In this document: positions 34,683 through 36,137 of the stretch, in pieces
Layout of the letters: every line of letters begins with the position of its first letter
Numbering within the stretch: the stretch's first letter is position 1
Origin: an uncultured bacterium
GTDB lineage: Bacteria > Patescibacteriota > Minisyncoccia > UBA6257 > 2-01-FULL-56-20
Length of the DNA stretch: 36,137 nucleotides
Reading direction: 5' to 3'
Assembly: GCA_963696395.1 (NCBI GenBank)
Contig: CAVOJZ010000001.1
Location: forward strand, 1-36,137
Position numbers and translations under genes: made by a program
The notes under the pieces: generated by a model
Told to the model about the DNA's origin: nothing
The model's database searches: none
What the model saw: the letters and a program-made list of their open reading frames with translations, nothing else

Positions 34683-34736
34683 CGTTATTCTATAGTACGC
34701 TTAGTATACCAAAATTGGCGCACTGGGGCGAAGCGC

Positions 34737-35297
34737 TTATTCTCCCAGCTCATCGAGCTTGCTTTTCACGAGCGCCTCAACTTCCCCGTTGGCTTTGTCG
34801 GTGGCTTTCTGGATTTTCTCCTTGCCCCGAAACGCATCATCTTCCGTAATCGCCTTGCCCACTTCCGCGTCTTTCAAATGTTTCACGGCGTCTTCCCGCT
34901 TGGAGCGGATCTGAATGCGCATGGCTTCCGCGGTCTTTTTTACGAGCTTAGTGAGCTCGTCGCGCCGTTCGTTGCCAAGCGAAGAAAGGGTGGCGCGGAT
35001 ATTATTGCCGTCGTTATTCGTAGACAGACCAAGATGAGCGTCCTCGATTGCCTTCATGACGGCGCCGATGGCACCAGGATCCCAGACGGTTATTTGGATG
35101 GTTCGCGGAGGCAAAACACTTAAAGAGCCGAGTTCACGCAAGGTCAACACCTGGTCATAAAGGTTTATGCGGATGCCCTCGAGCATTTCAACCGACGGAC
35201 GATTGCCCCGAATCTGCCCGAAGTCTTGCTTGAGTTTTTGGGTCACCCCAGAAAGAGATGTTTCGAGATCTTTAATGATTTGTTCTGATAGTGTCAT
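34737..35297 (-). CDS. frr: Ribosome recycling factor
   Basis: IRGNRPS..MLE.I, ITVWD, ERRDELTKLVKK.AE...I.IR..R and EKIQKATD. Confidence 0.93.
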   Translation of the reverse strand: MTLSEQIIKDLETSLSGVTQKLKQDFGQIRGNRPSVEMLEGIRINLYDQVLTLRELGSLSVLPPRTIQITVWDPGAIGAVMKAIEDAHLGLSTNNDGNNIRATLSSLGNERRDELTKLVKKTAEAMRIQIRSKREDAVKHLKDAEVGKAITEDDAFRGKEKIQKATDKANGEVEALVKSKLDELGE

Positions 35298-36136
35298 AGC
35301 AATGCTTCAAGTTGTAGTCGTGGATTCAGGCCGAAATTGTTGACCTCGCCATAAAGCGCGAGCGTTCGGTGCCACATCGCGGCTTTTGCCTTGGATGGCT
35401 TTTCCCAGGCAAGACTAATTATAACGGTTTCGAAAAAATTTCGTAAATTGAAATTATCCGGATTGATAATTGTTTTTATTAAGTCTTTTCGGGTCGTTGT
35501 GGATGACTTGATGTACCTTTCCGCTATTGCGAGCTTTTCCTGGAAATCTTTATCGTAAATCAAACGCCAGGCAAGGCCGGGTTTGCCCAGCGCTTTTTTG
35601 GCGAGGGCGCCGGCTTTTTGTTTTGTCATATCATGCTCGTCCACAAGCCATTGCTCGATGTCTTTCCCGGTGATAAGTCCAAAATAGAGTTTGGGGAGTC
35701 GCGACAGGATCGTCGGCATAATACTTTCGATATCCGAAACGATGATAATGAGCAGCGACGATGCCGGTGGTTCTTCGGCCACTTTGAGCAGTGCGTTTTG
35801 TGCTTCTGTGGTTAGGAGCTCCGCCTCATCTATGATTAACGTCCTTCGAGGGCTCACGTTCGGCTTTTGCCACAGAAAATGTTTGATCTCGCGGACCACG
35901 TCTATGCCAATGGAATCTTTTGCATCCGGATTTTTTGCGTGATCAATAATGGCTGAATCCTGAAACGTAAAACGCTCCGGCGGTGTGGCGAACTCTCCGG
36001 TTTCAAGATGATACGCGAGCGCTGAAGCGAACGTCCTTTTGCCGGTCATCGCCGGCCCGTAGAAAATATAGCCGTGACCGAGCTCGCCACGCTTGATGAG
36101 ATCCTGAAAATCCCTGGCTAAGGCTTTAGCAATACA
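35294..36136 (-). CDS. holB: DNA polymerase III subunit delta' (HolB-like); 5'-truncated by the window edge
   Basis: The frame is open from the edge: ...LGHGYIFYGPAMTGKRTFA (Walker A-like), IGIDVVREI, IIDEAELLTTEAQNALLKVAEEPP and PTILSR. 4-nt overlap with the frr start. Confidence 0.85.
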   Translation of the reverse strand, partial: CIAKALARDFQDLIKRGELGHGYIFYGPAMTGKRTFASALAYHLETGEFATPPERFTFQDSAIIDHAKNPDAKDSIGIDVVREIKHFLWQKPNVSPRRTLIIDEAELLTTEAQNALLKVAEEPPASSLLIIIVSDIESIMPTILSRLPKLYFGLITGKDIEQWLVDEHDMTKQKAGALAKKALGKPGLAWRLIYDKDFQEKLAIAERYIKSSTTTRKDLIKTIINPDNFNLRNFFETVIISLAWEKPSKAKAAMWHRTLALYGEVNNFGLNPRLQLEALL

Positions 36137-36137
36137 T

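Noticed and set aside
1-36137. CRISPR arrays, tRNA/rRNA genes, IS elements, integrases
   Set aside because: I saw no regularly spaced direct repeats, cloverleafs, rRNA signatures or transposase/integrase motifs by eye. tRNAscan-SE and a CRISPR finder were not run.

Overview
Gene-dense chromosomal segment, most likely from a Patescibacteria/CPR (Parcubacteria-like) bacterium. This is inferred from the gene repertoire: standalone VirD4-like ATPase, split ComEC, fragmented dcw genes, frr next to rseP, and many single-pass surface proteins. TGA is used as a stop, so the code is standard code 11. Both edge genes are truncated (VirD4-like ATPase on the left, holB on the right). Housekeeping content: trmD, ftsW-murG, murC, a pseudouridine synthase, engB, gltX, pepA, rseP, frr and holB. 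There is also a four-gene C3 metabolism run (glycerate kinase, ppsA, D-2-hydroxyacid dehydrogenase, enolase), two ABC systems, a PD-(D/E)XK nuclease and DUF763. The standout is an apparently non-coding interval at about 22300-23000 that reads as a ~700-nt, densely structured minus-strand RNA. It has its own sigma70-like promoter, its own terminator, at least ten hairpins (several with GNRA/UUCG loops) and long-range 5'-3' pairing, so it is a GOLLD/ROOL-class giant RNA candidate in a non-phage context. A second, ~140-nt structured element lies between murG and the pseudouridine synthase. Eleven genes have a -10-like hexamer 6-9 nt upstream of ATG, suggesting widespread leaderless mRNAs. I found no CRISPR array, tRNA, rRNA, transposase or integrase. 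All family calls come from motif recognition by eye; no database search or folding program was run.
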